This document shows, piece by piece, positions 9,206 to 18,678 of a stretch of DNA of 64,000 nucleotides; position 1 is the first letter of the stretch; each line of letters starts with the position of its first letter. This DNA is from a virus (Duplodnaviria > Caudoviricetes). Under the pieces are notes generated by a model, which had not been told where the DNA came from, searched no databases, and worked only from the letters and a program-made list of their open reading frames with translations. A program made the position numbers and the translations under genes. The stretch is from positions 5,290 through 69,289 of IMG/VR virus record IMGVR_UViG_3300032293_001439. One strand, given 5' to 3'.

Positions 9206-10825
9206 TTGAATTGGTTTCCATTGAAGAATTTTACACATTATAGTTTGCTACGTGGTTTTTCTAAACCAGAAGAGCTTGCTGCTAAGTGTAAGGACAACGG
9301 ATATGTAGCTTGCGGCATTTGCGATTACAAGACAATATCTGGCGCTGTATCATTTTATCAAGCGTGTAAAAAGGTTGGCATCAAGCCAATAATAGGATGC
9401 TCATTTGATAACTTTACTTTGTTTGCAAAGAATAAGAGCGGTTGGAATGATCTAATCTCTTTAGTTTCGTCTTTGGATGAAAATGGAGAACTTGCAAAAG
9501 ATTTTTTGGATAAAACCTTGTCTAGAAATAATTTGATCAAACTTAGTTCTTCATCATCAAAAGATATTCCACACAGTTATTATGCAGAAAGGAAGGATGC
9601 TAAACTGCATAGAATTTTATTGTGTTCGGACATGAAGACAACGCTAACTAAGATTCAAAAAACAATAAAGCCAGATCGACTTGGTGGCATTAATGTAGAT
9701 TCAAAATATCCTCAAGAACACATGGATAAGCTTGTATATTTTATGCAAGACAACTTCTACGTGTTAGATAAAGAAGAAACTAAGAACCTAGACACAACAG
9801 AGCTAGAATTAATTTATAGCCAATGCGAAGACTATAATATCTTAAGTAAACCGATTCTTCCAAAGTTTCAATGTCCTAACAATCAGTCAGAAGAAGAATA
9901 TCTAAAAGAACTATGCAGAGAAGGATGGAGAACACTCTTAATATCGCAGGATAAAGTATCGACAGAAGAAGATAAGCAAAAATACCTAGATAGATTCAAG
10001 GAAGAGTTTGATATTATTAAGGGTGCTAATCTATTCGGATATTTCTTAATAGTACAGGATATTATCAAATATGTAAATGATATGGGTTGGTTGTCTGGAC
10101 CGGGAAGAGGAAGTGCTGCTGGATGCTTAATATCATATCTTATTGGTATCACTAAGATAGATCCTCTAGAGTACGATCTACTATTTGCGAGATTTTATAA
10201 TGCTGGAAGAAACTCCGAAGACCATATATCACTACCCGATATCGATATGGACGTTCCCGGCAACAAGAGAGATGAAGTTATAGCATACTTAAAAAACAAG
10301 TATGGAAAAGACCACGTTAGCCAAATGATCACATTCGGCAGATTGCAAGGTAGAAGTGCAATCAAAGAAGTATTGAGAATACACGAAGCTTGTTCTTTTG
10401 CAGAGATGAACGCGATCACTAAAGCTATACCAAACGAAGCAGAGATTTCTGATCAATTAGCAGACATGGAAGATGACGAAAGATCTATCATACGCTGGGC
10501 GTTAATCAACAATGCTGATGAGTTAAGAGATTTTTGTTATATTAATGACGATGGAAGACTAGATGGTGAGTATGCTGAATACTTTCAACAAGCAATAGAT
10601 ATAGAGGGTACTTTTAAAACCCAAGGAAAACACGCTGCTGGTATTGTTATTTCAGCAAATAAACTAAGTAATGTATGTCCAATGGTGAATCAAAGGGGAT
10701 CGGGCGAAAAGATAGCCGGATTAGAAATGTCAGATTTAGAGGCTCTTGGTCACGTAAAATTTGATATTCTAGGAATCAATTTGCTTGATAAAATTATGTA
10801 TATCAAAGAACTTGAGAGGAAATAA
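9206..10825 (+). CDS. dnaE: DNA polymerase III alpha, N-terminal half (degenerate PHP + palm/thumb)
   Basis: HYSLL, GIKPIIG, YFLIV.D, GPGRGSAAG, catalytic PDIDMD, GKHAAGIVI, VKFDILG; TTG start with AGGAG SD. Confidence 0.95.
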   Translation: MNWFPLKNFTHYSLLRGFSKPEELAAKCKDNGYVACGICDYKTISGAVSFYQACKKVGIKPIIGCSFDNFTLFAKNKSGWNDLISLVSSLDENGELAKDFLDKTLSRNNLIKLSSSSSKDIPHSYYAERKDAKLHRILLCSDMKTTLTKIQKTIKPDRLGGINVDSKYPQEHMDKLVYFMQDNFYVLDKEETKNLDTTELELIYSQCEDYNILSKPILPKFQCPNNQSEEEYLKELCREGWRTLLISQDKVSTEEDKQKYLDRFKEEFDIIKGANLFGYFLIVQDIIKYVNDMGWLSGPGRGSAAGCLISYLIGITKIDPLEYDLLFARFYNAGRNSEDHISLPDIDMDVPGNKRDEVIAYLKNKYGKDHVSQMITFGRLQGRSAIKEVLRIHEACSFAEMNAITKAIPNEAEISDQLADMEDDERSIIRWALINNADELRDFCYINDDGRLDGEYAEYFQQAIDIEGTFKTQGKHAAGIVISANKLSNVCPMVNQRGSGEKIAGLEMSDLEALGHVKFDILGINLLDKIMYIKELERK

Positions 10826-11505
10826 TGGCAAATCGTGACTTTATAATATTTGACTTTGAAACAGGATCAAGAAATCCTCATAAGACTCAACCAACGCAGA
10901 TCGCAGCATTGGCATTAGATGGAAGAAACTTTTCTGTCAAGGGTCAATTTAACAGTGAGATACAGCCAATCTTTGATGAAGAAAAGGCTATAGCCGCTGG
11001 TTTAGATCCAGTAGAGGACGAAGCATTAAAGATCACCAACAAAACTAGAGAATCTCTTGAAAAAGCACCGGCACTAAAGTCTGTGTGGGATAAATTTTCT
11101 AAATTTGTTTTACAGTACAATTGGAAGGGCGATGCATTTTTTAATCCGATCCCAGTTGGTTTTAATATTATATCATTCGATATGATAATTATAAACAGAC
11201 TATGTGAACAATTTGGTCCTTGGGATAAGGATCGTCGGCAGCAAAAGTTATTCAGTAAAGTTTATAAGTTCGATATAATGGATAATATTTTTGCTTGGAC
11301 AGAAAGCGATCCATCTGTAAAATCTATAAGCATGGATGCATTAAGGGAAAGAATGGGACTTAGTAAAGAAAATGCTCACGACGCATTGCAAGACGTAAAA
11401 GACGAAGCTAACATATTCATTAAGCTCATGAAAACTCATAGAGCTATCTACCAAAACATGAATTTTGATAAAGCTTTTGCTAACGGCGGCTTGTATGTCA
11501 AATAA
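10825..11505 (+). CDS. dnaQ: DEDDh 3'-5' exonuclease, DnaQ/epsilon-like
   Basis: ExoI FDFETG, ExoII GFNIISFD, ExoIII HDALQD; TAATG coupling to dnaE-N. Confidence 0.9.
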   Translation: MANRDFIIFDFETGSRNPHKTQPTQIAALALDGRNFSVKGQFNSEIQPIFDEEKAIAAGLDPVEDEALKITNKTRESLEKAPALKSVWDKFSKFVLQYNWKGDAFFNPIPVGFNIISFDMIIINRLCEQFGPWDKDRRQQKLFSKVYKFDIMDNIFAWTESDPSVKSISMDALRERMGLSKENAHDALQDVKDEANIFIKLMKTHRAIYQNMNFDKAFANGGLYVK

Positions 11506-11869
11506 AAAGTGCAATAAGTGTAAACAAGATTTGCCAATTTCTGAGTTTAGTAAACATAGTGCTAGTAACTATCTCAGACCAGAGTGTAAAAGATGCAACA
11601 ATTTATTGAGCAAACAAAGAAAAGAACTACGAAAAGAACATGGCAACCCACCAGAAAATTATAAGTGTCCCATATGTAATAGGAATGAAGAACAAATATC
11701 ATCTGGTGGAGGTAATAAAAGCACAAGATGGGTATTAGATCATAATCATGATACTAATAAATTCAGAGGATGGTTGTGCCACAATTGCAACATGGGAATA
11801 GGTGCGTTCAAGGACAATAGAGTAATATTGCAGAAGGCTATTGAGTATTTACAAAATGATGAACTATAA
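11495..11869 (+). CDS. Endonuclease VII-family (His-Me finger) free-standing endonuclease, probably mobile
   Basis: N-terminal CNKC/CKRC; CPIC...LDHNHDTNKFRGWLCHNCNMGIG..KDN..LQKAIEYL. Confidence 0.88.
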   Translation: MSNKKCNKCKQDLPISEFSKHSASNYLRPECKRCNNLLSKQRKELRKEHGNPPENYKCPICNRNEEQISSGGGNKSTRWVLDHNHDTNKFRGWLCHNCNMGIGAFKDNRVILQKAIEYLQNDEL

Positions 11870-13418
11870 TGATAAGTTAACTTGGCAATTATTTGCAGAA
11901 GGAAAAACCAAGGGTATCTTTCAGCTTGAAAGTAATCTAGGAAAATCTTGGGCTAAGAAATTAGCACCAACAAACATAGAAGAATTGTCTGCTCTTATTG
12001 CTATCATTAGGCCGGGAACATTGAAGGCGTATGTTGACGGCAAAAGCATGACACAGCACTATGTTGATAGAAAACATGGTCGAGAAGAAGTTACTTATTT
12101 ACATCCAGCATTAGAAGAAATATTGAAGTCAACCTATGGCGTTCTTGTGTATCAAGAACAGTCCATGCGTATTGCCCAAAAGATTGCTGGCTTCAATCTA
12201 CAAGAGGCCGACGTTCTTCGTAAGGCCATTGGAAAGAAAAAGGCTGATCTCATGAACGAGGTCAAGAAATCATTTATAGCGGGTGCTGAACGCATTGGAA
12301 TGGTATCAAAAGAAGACGCAGAGCAGATATTCGGATGGATAGAAAAATCATCTAGATATGCATTTAATAAGTCTCATAGTGTGTCGTATGCTGTGTGTTC
12401 ATATTGGAGTGCATATCACAAAGCCCATAACACAAAAGAATTCTTCTTATCTTATTTGTATTATGCAAACGAGAAGCAAGATCCACACCAAGAAATTTAT
12501 GAACTAATATCAGAAGCAAAGCTATTTGATATTAAGGTCAAAACCCCAAGCATAGTAAATTATCACGATAAATTCAATATCAAAAATGATACAATTTACT
12601 TTGGTATAAAAGATATCAAATCATTAACTGGTAAAACCGGTGATAGCGTTGTGGAGAGCCTTGAAATAGTCAAGAAGGATTTGAATAAAAAAACAAAAGA
12701 GTTGACTTGGGTAGAAATACTATTATTCCTAAGTCCAAGCGTAAATTCTGCATCATTTAAAGCTTTAGCATCTATAGGGTTTTTCCGTGGATTCAAAGAT
12801 AGCATTTCAAGAAATAAAGCCTTGTATGATTATGAGATCTTTAAATCTTTAACAAAATCAGAACATACTTGGTTAGTAACTAATTACAAGCAAAAACAGT
12901 GGAATAGTCTCGTAGAGGCTCTAACCGACTTAGCACCAACAAAAAAAGAGGGTGGAGGCACAAGCAAAGCTGACAGAAAACAAGTTATTCTTAATGAAAT
13001 TCAGCTGCTTAATAGTCCACCATATGACTTGAAAGATGATCCATCTTGGTTAATAGATCAAGAAGTAAAGTTTTTGGGTTGTCCAGTTAGTATGACAAAA
13101 GTTGAAACATCTGACACATCTGCCGCTAATACAACATGCAAAGACGTTGTAAATGGCAAGAAGGGCAAGAATTTGTGCATAGTAGCAAACGTGCAGCGTG
13201 TTGCGGATTACAAAATAAAGAAGGGTGAATCTAAGGGACAAATGATGTCCTTTTTAACAATAGAGGACGAAACAGCAACCTTAGATAGTGTTATAATTTT
13301 CCCCAAAATTAAAGAGAAATACAAGTACATTCTTTATGAAGGGAATAATCTAATTTTTTGTGGATACGTCAATAATAATGACTCGTCTTTTATCATTGAA
13401 CAAATTCATGAAACTTGA
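11856..13418 (+). CDS. dnaE: DNA polymerase III alpha, C-terminal half (fingers, HhH, OB fold)
   Basis: GIFQLES, IRPG, TYGVLVYQEQ, ADVLRKAIGKKK, YAFNKSHSVSYA, OB-fold MSFLTIEDE. Confidence 0.95.
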   Translation: MMNYNDKLTWQLFAEGKTKGIFQLESNLGKSWAKKLAPTNIEELSALIAIIRPGTLKAYVDGKSMTQHYVDRKHGREEVTYLHPALEEILKSTYGVLVYQEQSMRIAQKIAGFNLQEADVLRKAIGKKKADLMNEVKKSFIAGAERIGMVSKEDAEQIFGWIEKSSRYAFNKSHSVSYAVCSYWSAYHKAHNTKEFFLSYLYYANEKQDPHQEIYELISEAKLFDIKVKTPSIVNYHDKFNIKNDTIYFGIKDIKSLTGKTGDSVVESLEIVKKDLNKKTKELTWVEILLFLSPSVNSASFKALASIGFFRGFKDSISRNKALYDYEIFKSLTKSEHTWLVTNYKQKQWNSLVEALTDLAPTKKEGGGTSKADRKQVILNEIQLLNSPPYDLKDDPSWLIDQEVKFLGCPVSMTKVETSDTSAANTTCKDVVNGKKGKNLCIVANVQRVADYKIKKGESKGQMMSFLTIEDETATLDSVIIFPKIKEKYKYILYEGNNLIFCGYVNNNDSSFIIEQIHET

Positions 13419-13443
13419 CAGTGTTTTTTTAGCTTGTTACATC
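13415..13443 (+). promoter_or_regulatory. Possible sigma70-type promoter upstream of ssb
   Basis: Perfect TTGACA, 17-nt spacer with TGn, then a weak -10 (TACATC), in one of the few intergenic gaps. Confidence 0.25.
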
Positions 13444-13472
13444 TAAAATACTAAGATAGGAGAACTTTTGAG

Positions 13473-13784
13473 ATGAATATTTGTTCGTTTACTGGGTATC
13501 TTGTAGAAAACCCAAGAATATCTATGTCTGGTGACATAGTAAGAGCTGATTTCGTAATGGTTGTCTATACATATAGAAAAACCAAAACTGGCGAAAAGAA
13601 TAGAATTCCCACATACATACATTGCGAGGCTTGGCACACTGGGGCGGAAACCCTTGAAAAATATGCCACCAAAGGAACGAAATTAGTAGTTCACGCCTCT
13701 GCAAAAAATATCTCAAAAGAAGATGATCAAATAGTTTTTAGAATTAATGAGTTCGATTTCTGTAACCAAGACTTTGAAGATTAA
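13473..13784 (+). CDS. ssb: Single-stranded DNA-binding protein (short OB fold)
   Basis: MN...GYLVENP, YIHCEAW..GAETL.KY.TKG; AGGAG SD; acidic end DFED. Confidence 0.8.
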   Translation: MNICSFTGYLVENPRISMSGDIVRADFVMVVYTYRKTKTGEKNRIPTYIHCEAWHTGAETLEKYATKGTKLVVHASAKNISKEDDQIVFRINEFDFCNQDFED

Positions 13785-13787
13785 AAA

Positions 13788-15446
13788 ATGAGAAAAAAAA
13801 GAATACTGTTCTGTAGCGAAGCCACGTTTTTAAATACTGGCTACGCAACCTATACTAGAGAAATACTCAATTATTTATACAGTACTGGTAAATATGAGTT
13901 GGCCGAATTGGCTTGCTATGGCGAAAAAAACGATCCAAGAGCAGCAAATATTCCTTGGAAGTTTTACGGAGTTATTCCTAATCAGCAATCTTCGGAAGAA
14001 GAAAAGAAGCAGTATCAATCTCATCCCATTGCTGCATTCGGTGAACTAATGTTTGAGCCTGTGTGCTTAGATTTTAAACCAGATGTTGTTTGCGACATCA
14101 GAGACTTTTGGATGTTAGACTTTGAAGAACGTTCTCCATTTAGACCATTCTATAAGTGGTGCATTATGCCAACGGTGGATGCTAGACCACAGGCCAGACA
14201 GTGGGTAGCAACTTATCAATCAGCGGATGCTTGCCTAACATACTCTGAATGGGCTGGCGATGTTCTTCAGTCTCAGTCTGGCGGCAAAATAAATTATTTG
14301 GGGATATCTCCACCGTCAGCACATGCGGCGTATAAGCCACAAAACAAAAAAGAACTAAGAGCATCTATGGGTTTAGATGAAGATTGTTTCATAGTAGGAA
14401 CAGTCATGAGAAATCAAAGAAGAAAATTATATCCAGATTTATTTGAAGCATTCAAGTTACTTCTATCCAAAGTAGACAATCCACACAAGTATTTCTTATA
14501 TTGTCATACAAGTTATCCCGATTTGGGTTGGGATATACCAGAATTATTACAACAACACGGGTTGTCATCTAAGGTGTATTTCACATATATTTGTGGACAA
14601 ACTGGCAAACCGTTCGTATCGCTATTTAGAGGAGCGGTCACACAATCTCCATATACAGGCAAATATGGCTCTACATTGTCGAATGTCAAGAACGGTGCAG
14701 AATATGAAGATCTGTCTAAGATCATGAACATGTTCGATCTTTATGTTCAATATGCAAACTGTGAAGGGTTTGGATTACCACAAGTCGAAGCAGCAGCGTG
14801 TGGTGTGCCTGTAATGGCAACCGATTATTCCGCAATGGAAAGCGTTGTTAGAAACCTTGGAGGTATTCCGGTCAAGCCAAAAGCTTTATACAAAGAATTA
14901 GAAACGGGTTGCTTTAGAGCGGTTCCAGACAATGACCTTGCTTCTGATTTGATGGTAAATTTCTTTAAGTTATCTGAAGAAGAAAGACAAGCTTATGGTA
15001 GAACCACAAGAGAAGCTTTTGAAAAGCACTACCAGTGGAATAAAAGCGGTAAGGCTTGGGAAGATTATTTTGATAGCGTAGAGATTGTGCCAGAAGAATT
15101 TACTTGGAAATCTCCACCAAGAATACGAAGACCAGAACAAAAACCAGATAATTTACCGCCAAATATAGAACACGATAAGTTAGCCAAGTGGTTAATCACT
15201 AATGTATTGTGCGAACCAGAAAGATTAAATTCTCATCTTGAAGCAAGGCTAATAAGAGACTTGATGTATAAAACTACTACATCGGTTACTGGTGGCATGT
15301 ATTTTAATGAAAGTTCAGCAGCGTTTGATGGACAAATGGCACGAAACCCATTCGATTTTAACGCGGCATACAATTCTATGTTGGCTCTATGTAATAGAAG
15401 AAACTTTTGGGAACAAAAAAGAGCGGAGGCTTTCGATATAAAATGA
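13788..15446 (+). CDS. Glycosyltransferase family 4 (GT-B)
   Basis: TGYA N-motif, MRNQRRK, EGFGLPQVEAAACGVPV (EX7E). Confidence 0.9.
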   Translation: MRKKRILFCSEATFLNTGYATYTREILNYLYSTGKYELAELACYGEKNDPRAANIPWKFYGVIPNQQSSEEEKKQYQSHPIAAFGELMFEPVCLDFKPDVVCDIRDFWMLDFEERSPFRPFYKWCIMPTVDARPQARQWVATYQSADACLTYSEWAGDVLQSQSGGKINYLGISPPSAHAAYKPQNKKELRASMGLDEDCFIVGTVMRNQRRKLYPDLFEAFKLLLSKVDNPHKYFLYCHTSYPDLGWDIPELLQQHGLSSKVYFTYICGQTGKPFVSLFRGAVTQSPYTGKYGSTLSNVKNGAEYEDLSKIMNMFDLYVQYANCEGFGLPQVEAAACGVPVMATDYSAMESVVRNLGGIPVKPKALYKELETGCFRAVPDNDLASDLMVNFFKLSEEERQAYGRTTREAFEKHYQWNKSGKAWEDYFDSVEIVPEEFTWKSPPRIRRPEQKPDNLPPNIEHDKLAKWLITNVLCEPERLNSHLEARLIRDLMYKTTTSVTGGMYFNESSAAFDGQMARNPFDFNAAYNSMLALCNRRNFWEQKRAEAFDIK

Positions 15447-16561
15447 AACTTTTGTACATAGGACACTACAAAGAAAATAGCGGCTGGTCAAGAGCGGCTG
15501 TCGGATTAATCAAGGCTATACAAACTACAGATATAGACGTTGTTTGTAGAGACATAAAGCTAACAGAGGTACAGCCAGAACTAACAAAAGATATCTTAGA
15601 ATTAGAGAAGAAAAATTTACAAGATATCGATTATTGTATCCAACACATCTTGCCTCATCACATAGTAGGGACTCAAAAATTTAAGAAAAATATTGGATAT
15701 TTTGTATCGGAAACAGATTCTATAGGACTCCATAATTGGAGCAATAGTCTATCTTTACTAGATGAGATATGGGTTCCAAATCAAGATTCAAAAAATAATC
15801 TCATTAATGATGGATTTGATGAGAAGTCTATAAGAGTAATACCACACGCTTTTGATTTAACCAAGTATATAGATACTAAAAATAGGCTTAGTTTTCATGG
15901 GAAAAATCACACATTCAAATTTTATTTTGTTTGTGAAATCGATGACAGAAAGAATATTGAATCGATCATTAGATGTTTTCATTCAGAATTTAATTCTAAT
16001 GAGCCTGTTCTTTTAGTTTTGAAGATAAAAAAGAATGGCGTTGATCAAGACCTTTTAAGGTCTGAAATGGGGAAAATTTGTGACAGAGTAAAGAATGAAT
16101 TGAGATTACACAAAAATTTAGACGGTTACAAAACAGAGATACTCATCACAGAGGACTTTACTGATGAACAAATGAACATACTGCATTTGTCTTGTGATTG
16201 TTACGTTGGTCCTACGCACGGAGAAGGATGGTCTATTCCAGCTTTTGACGCTATGTGCTTTGGCAATACCCCGATTTGTAGCAATGAAGGTGGTCCAAAA
16301 GAGTTTATAGATCCAAATAACAAAAATACTGGATGGTTGATCGATGGAATAAAGGGCATTTGTAACCACAGAAATCCAGCTTTCCAAGATCTATTTACTG
16401 GACATGATAATTGGTTTATTCCGAATGAGCTTGAAATTAAAAAAGCGATGAGATTTTATTACGAAAACAGGAAATCAAAAAATAAAGATGGCTTAAAGAG
16501 GGGCGAACAATTCTCTTATCAAAAGGTCGGACAACTTATAAAGGAAGAATTAAATGGTTAA
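15443..16561 (+). CDS. Glycosyltransferase family 4 (GT-B)
   Basis: SGW, DEIWVP, VIPHAFD, RKN, GEGWSIPAFDAMCFG. Confidence 0.88.
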   Translation: MKLLYIGHYKENSGWSRAAVGLIKAIQTTDIDVVCRDIKLTEVQPELTKDILELEKKNLQDIDYCIQHILPHHIVGTQKFKKNIGYFVSETDSIGLHNWSNSLSLLDEIWVPNQDSKNNLINDGFDEKSIRVIPHAFDLTKYIDTKNRLSFHGKNHTFKFYFVCEIDDRKNIESIIRCFHSEFNSNEPVLLVLKIKKNGVDQDLLRSEMGKICDRVKNELRLHKNLDGYKTEILITEDFTDEQMNILHLSCDCYVGPTHGEGWSIPAFDAMCFGNTPICSNEGGPKEFIDPNNKNTGWLIDGIKGICNHRNPAFQDLFTGHDNWFIPNELEIKKAMRFYYENRKSKNKDGLKRGEQFSYQKVGQLIKEELNG

Positions 16562-17552
16562 GTTCTCATCAAAAAGTATAATCGACGCTTGCAACAAAGA
16601 AGCTCCAGAAAAATACAATATTTTAACCTTTCCTACACATGAAAGATATGAGACACAGCTTTGCAAGACCGGCCACAACTTCTATTCATTTCATTTACCA
16701 GACTCAAAGAAGTGGAATACTTCTCAAGTAGGCATTCCAGAAAACTATCATATATTGCCAGAAAGCGACATTTGTCCATATATTGGTTATGATTTTATAT
16801 TATCACAGAGTAAGTTTTGGCAATTCCAAGTAGCCAAACAAATACAGCAAATTATAAATGTTCCCATAATATCACTAGAGCATACTATTCCAACGCCTCA
16901 GACTATTTCTAGACAGCAATTATCACAAATGCAGTCAATGGTTGGCGATGTGAATGTGTTTATATCTGAGTATTCTGCTTTATCTTGGGGAATTGATAAC
17001 AATACCGCTATCATTCATCACGGTATAGACACCAATCAATTCACAAACTTAAACCTTACAAAAGAAGATCATATACTCACGGTCGCTAATGATTTTGTTA
17101 ATAGAGATTATTGCTTAAATTATAATGGCTGGAAGCGTGTAACAGACGGATTAAAGACAAAACTGGTAGGAGATACAAAGGGTTTATCTAAGCCAGCATC
17201 TTCTACAGAAGAACTAGTATTAGAATATAATACCTGCGCTGTATACTTTAATAGTTCCACACTAAGCCCCATTCCAACTTCTTTGTTAGAAGCCATGAGT
17301 TGTGGGTGTGCTGTAGTGTCTACGGCAACATGTATGATACCAGAAATTATACAAAACGGGGTCAATGGTTTTATATCCAATGATGAAAATAAACTCAAGG
17401 AATACTTGACTACTTTATTATCAAACTCTGAATTAAGGGAACAAATTGGAAATAACGCTAGAAAAACAATAGAAACAAAATTTCCAGAACAGGCTTTTAC
17501 TAACAAGTGGAATAATATATTCCACAAAACATATGGGATATCAAAATTATGA
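16554..17552 (+). CDS. Glycosyltransferase family 4 (GT-B)
   Basis: IHHGIDT, PTSLLEAMSCGCAVVST, PEIIQNGVNGF, IGNNARKTI. Confidence 0.9.
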   Translation: MVKFSSKSIIDACNKEAPEKYNILTFPTHERYETQLCKTGHNFYSFHLPDSKKWNTSQVGIPENYHILPESDICPYIGYDFILSQSKFWQFQVAKQIQQIINVPIISLEHTIPTPQTISRQQLSQMQSMVGDVNVFISEYSALSWGIDNNTAIIHHGIDTNQFTNLNLTKEDHILTVANDFVNRDYCLNYNGWKRVTDGLKTKLVGDTKGLSKPASSTEELVLEYNTCAVYFNSSTLSPIPTSLLEAMSCGCAVVSTATCMIPEIIQNGVNGFISNDENKLKEYLTTLLSNSELREQIGNNARKTIETKFPEQAFTNKWNNIFHKTYGISKL

Positions 17553-17977
17553 AAGTTTACATATCAGAACATTTAGATAAGATTATAGAGGGCTTTAATA
17601 CTATTCCGATAGTTTATGGTTCTGTAGACTTGGGCAGCATTCCAAACAATGGAGCGTCAGTTATAGTAGCAATAGATGCTTTGGATAGCATAAAGCAAGA
17701 AAATATAGCAGATTTTATTCGTGGTATGGCAAGTAAAATGAGGATCAATGCAGTAATTCATCTTGGCGGATTGGATGCATACGCCTTAAGTAAAGACCTT
17801 ATTAGCGGTAAAATAGACATAGAAGACTATAATAAGAGTGTTACAGGAAAGCTGGGAGTATATTCTTCACGGTACATTTGTGATTTAATACAGTCACAAA
17901 ATCTAACAATAAATTCCGTTACTTTTAGAGGAAATAACTATGAAATCTCAGCAACAAGAATTATCAATCAAAACTAA
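17549..17977 (+). CDS. Hypothetical protein (possible degenerate methyltransferase fragment)
   Basis: Overlapping start/stop within the operon; weak methyltransferase-like pattern. Confidence 0.5.
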   Translation: MKVYISEHLDKIIEGFNTIPIVYGSVDLGSIPNNGASVIVAIDALDSIKQENIADFIRGMASKMRINAVIHLGGLDAYALSKDLISGKIDIEDYNKSVTGKLGVYSSRYICDLIQSQNLTINSVTFRGNNYEISATRIINQN

Positions 17978-18677
17978 CTGTAAGGATTGTGCTTTTGCAA
18001 TCTATGATAACAATACTCAGGTATCGTGCGAGTTTGATAGAGTAGCAAAATTTGGAGAAAAGGCTATACCAGCTTATGATGAGAATAAAGAATTTTATGT
18101 CATCGATACCCTGTGTTGCTACTATAGAGATAAGGAAAAGGGATATACGCCAGATGACAAGAACAAGGTAGTAGCCCAATCCTCAATATCATTTGATTTG
18201 ATAGTTGATTGTAATGATTTATCTGAACAGAATAGAGATAGCGTCTTAGACTTTTTAGCTACCTATTTGTACTTTAAAAACAAGGTTAACATAGTATTAG
18301 CACATCAGTATGATAAAAAAGAAGCCGTTAAGAGCCACGTTGAGTATATAGCTAGATCTTGTAAAGCACAGATCGGTATATCTATTTATCAAGATATGGA
18401 TGAATTTTTGAATGACTATGTTCTAAAAACAAAGAATCTATGTCACATAATTGTTAAGGATGCGAGTAAGATATCTAAAGATGTTCTGTTAAAAATCAAT
18501 AGCTTTGTTAATGATGATTTGGGTAAGTTCTTAGTAATCTCTCATGGCGACCATTTGTGCATAAGTAGTGTTGCTTATAAGCTTCAAAACATGAAAGTGA
18601 CCACAAATGATTATAATGCTAATGTTAACACAATTATCAAAGAATCCAAGGAACACAGGTTATATATAGAAATTTGA
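17940..18677 (+). CDS. Hypothetical protein with Cys-rich N-terminus and possible degenerate GT domain
   Basis: CKDCAFA...CEFDR...LCCYYR; glycan island context. Confidence 0.55.
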   Translation: MKSQQQELSIKTNCKDCAFAIYDNNTQVSCEFDRVAKFGEKAIPAYDENKEFYVIDTLCCYYRDKEKGYTPDDKNKVVAQSSISFDLIVDCNDLSEQNRDSVLDFLATYLYFKNKVNIVLAHQYDKKEAVKSHVEYIARSCKAQIGISIYQDMDEFLNDYVLKTKNLCHIIVKDASKISKDVLLKINSFVNDDLGKFLVISHGDHLCISSVAYKLQNMKVTTNDYNANVNTIIKESKEHRLYIEI

Positions 18678-18678
18678 T

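Noticed and set aside
10790-11900. Split intein or self-splicing intron joining the dnaE halves
   Set aside because: No Cys/Ser-initiated Hint N-fragment and no HN/C junction. The interval is completely filled by two overlapping ORFs, leaving no room for a ribozyme core.
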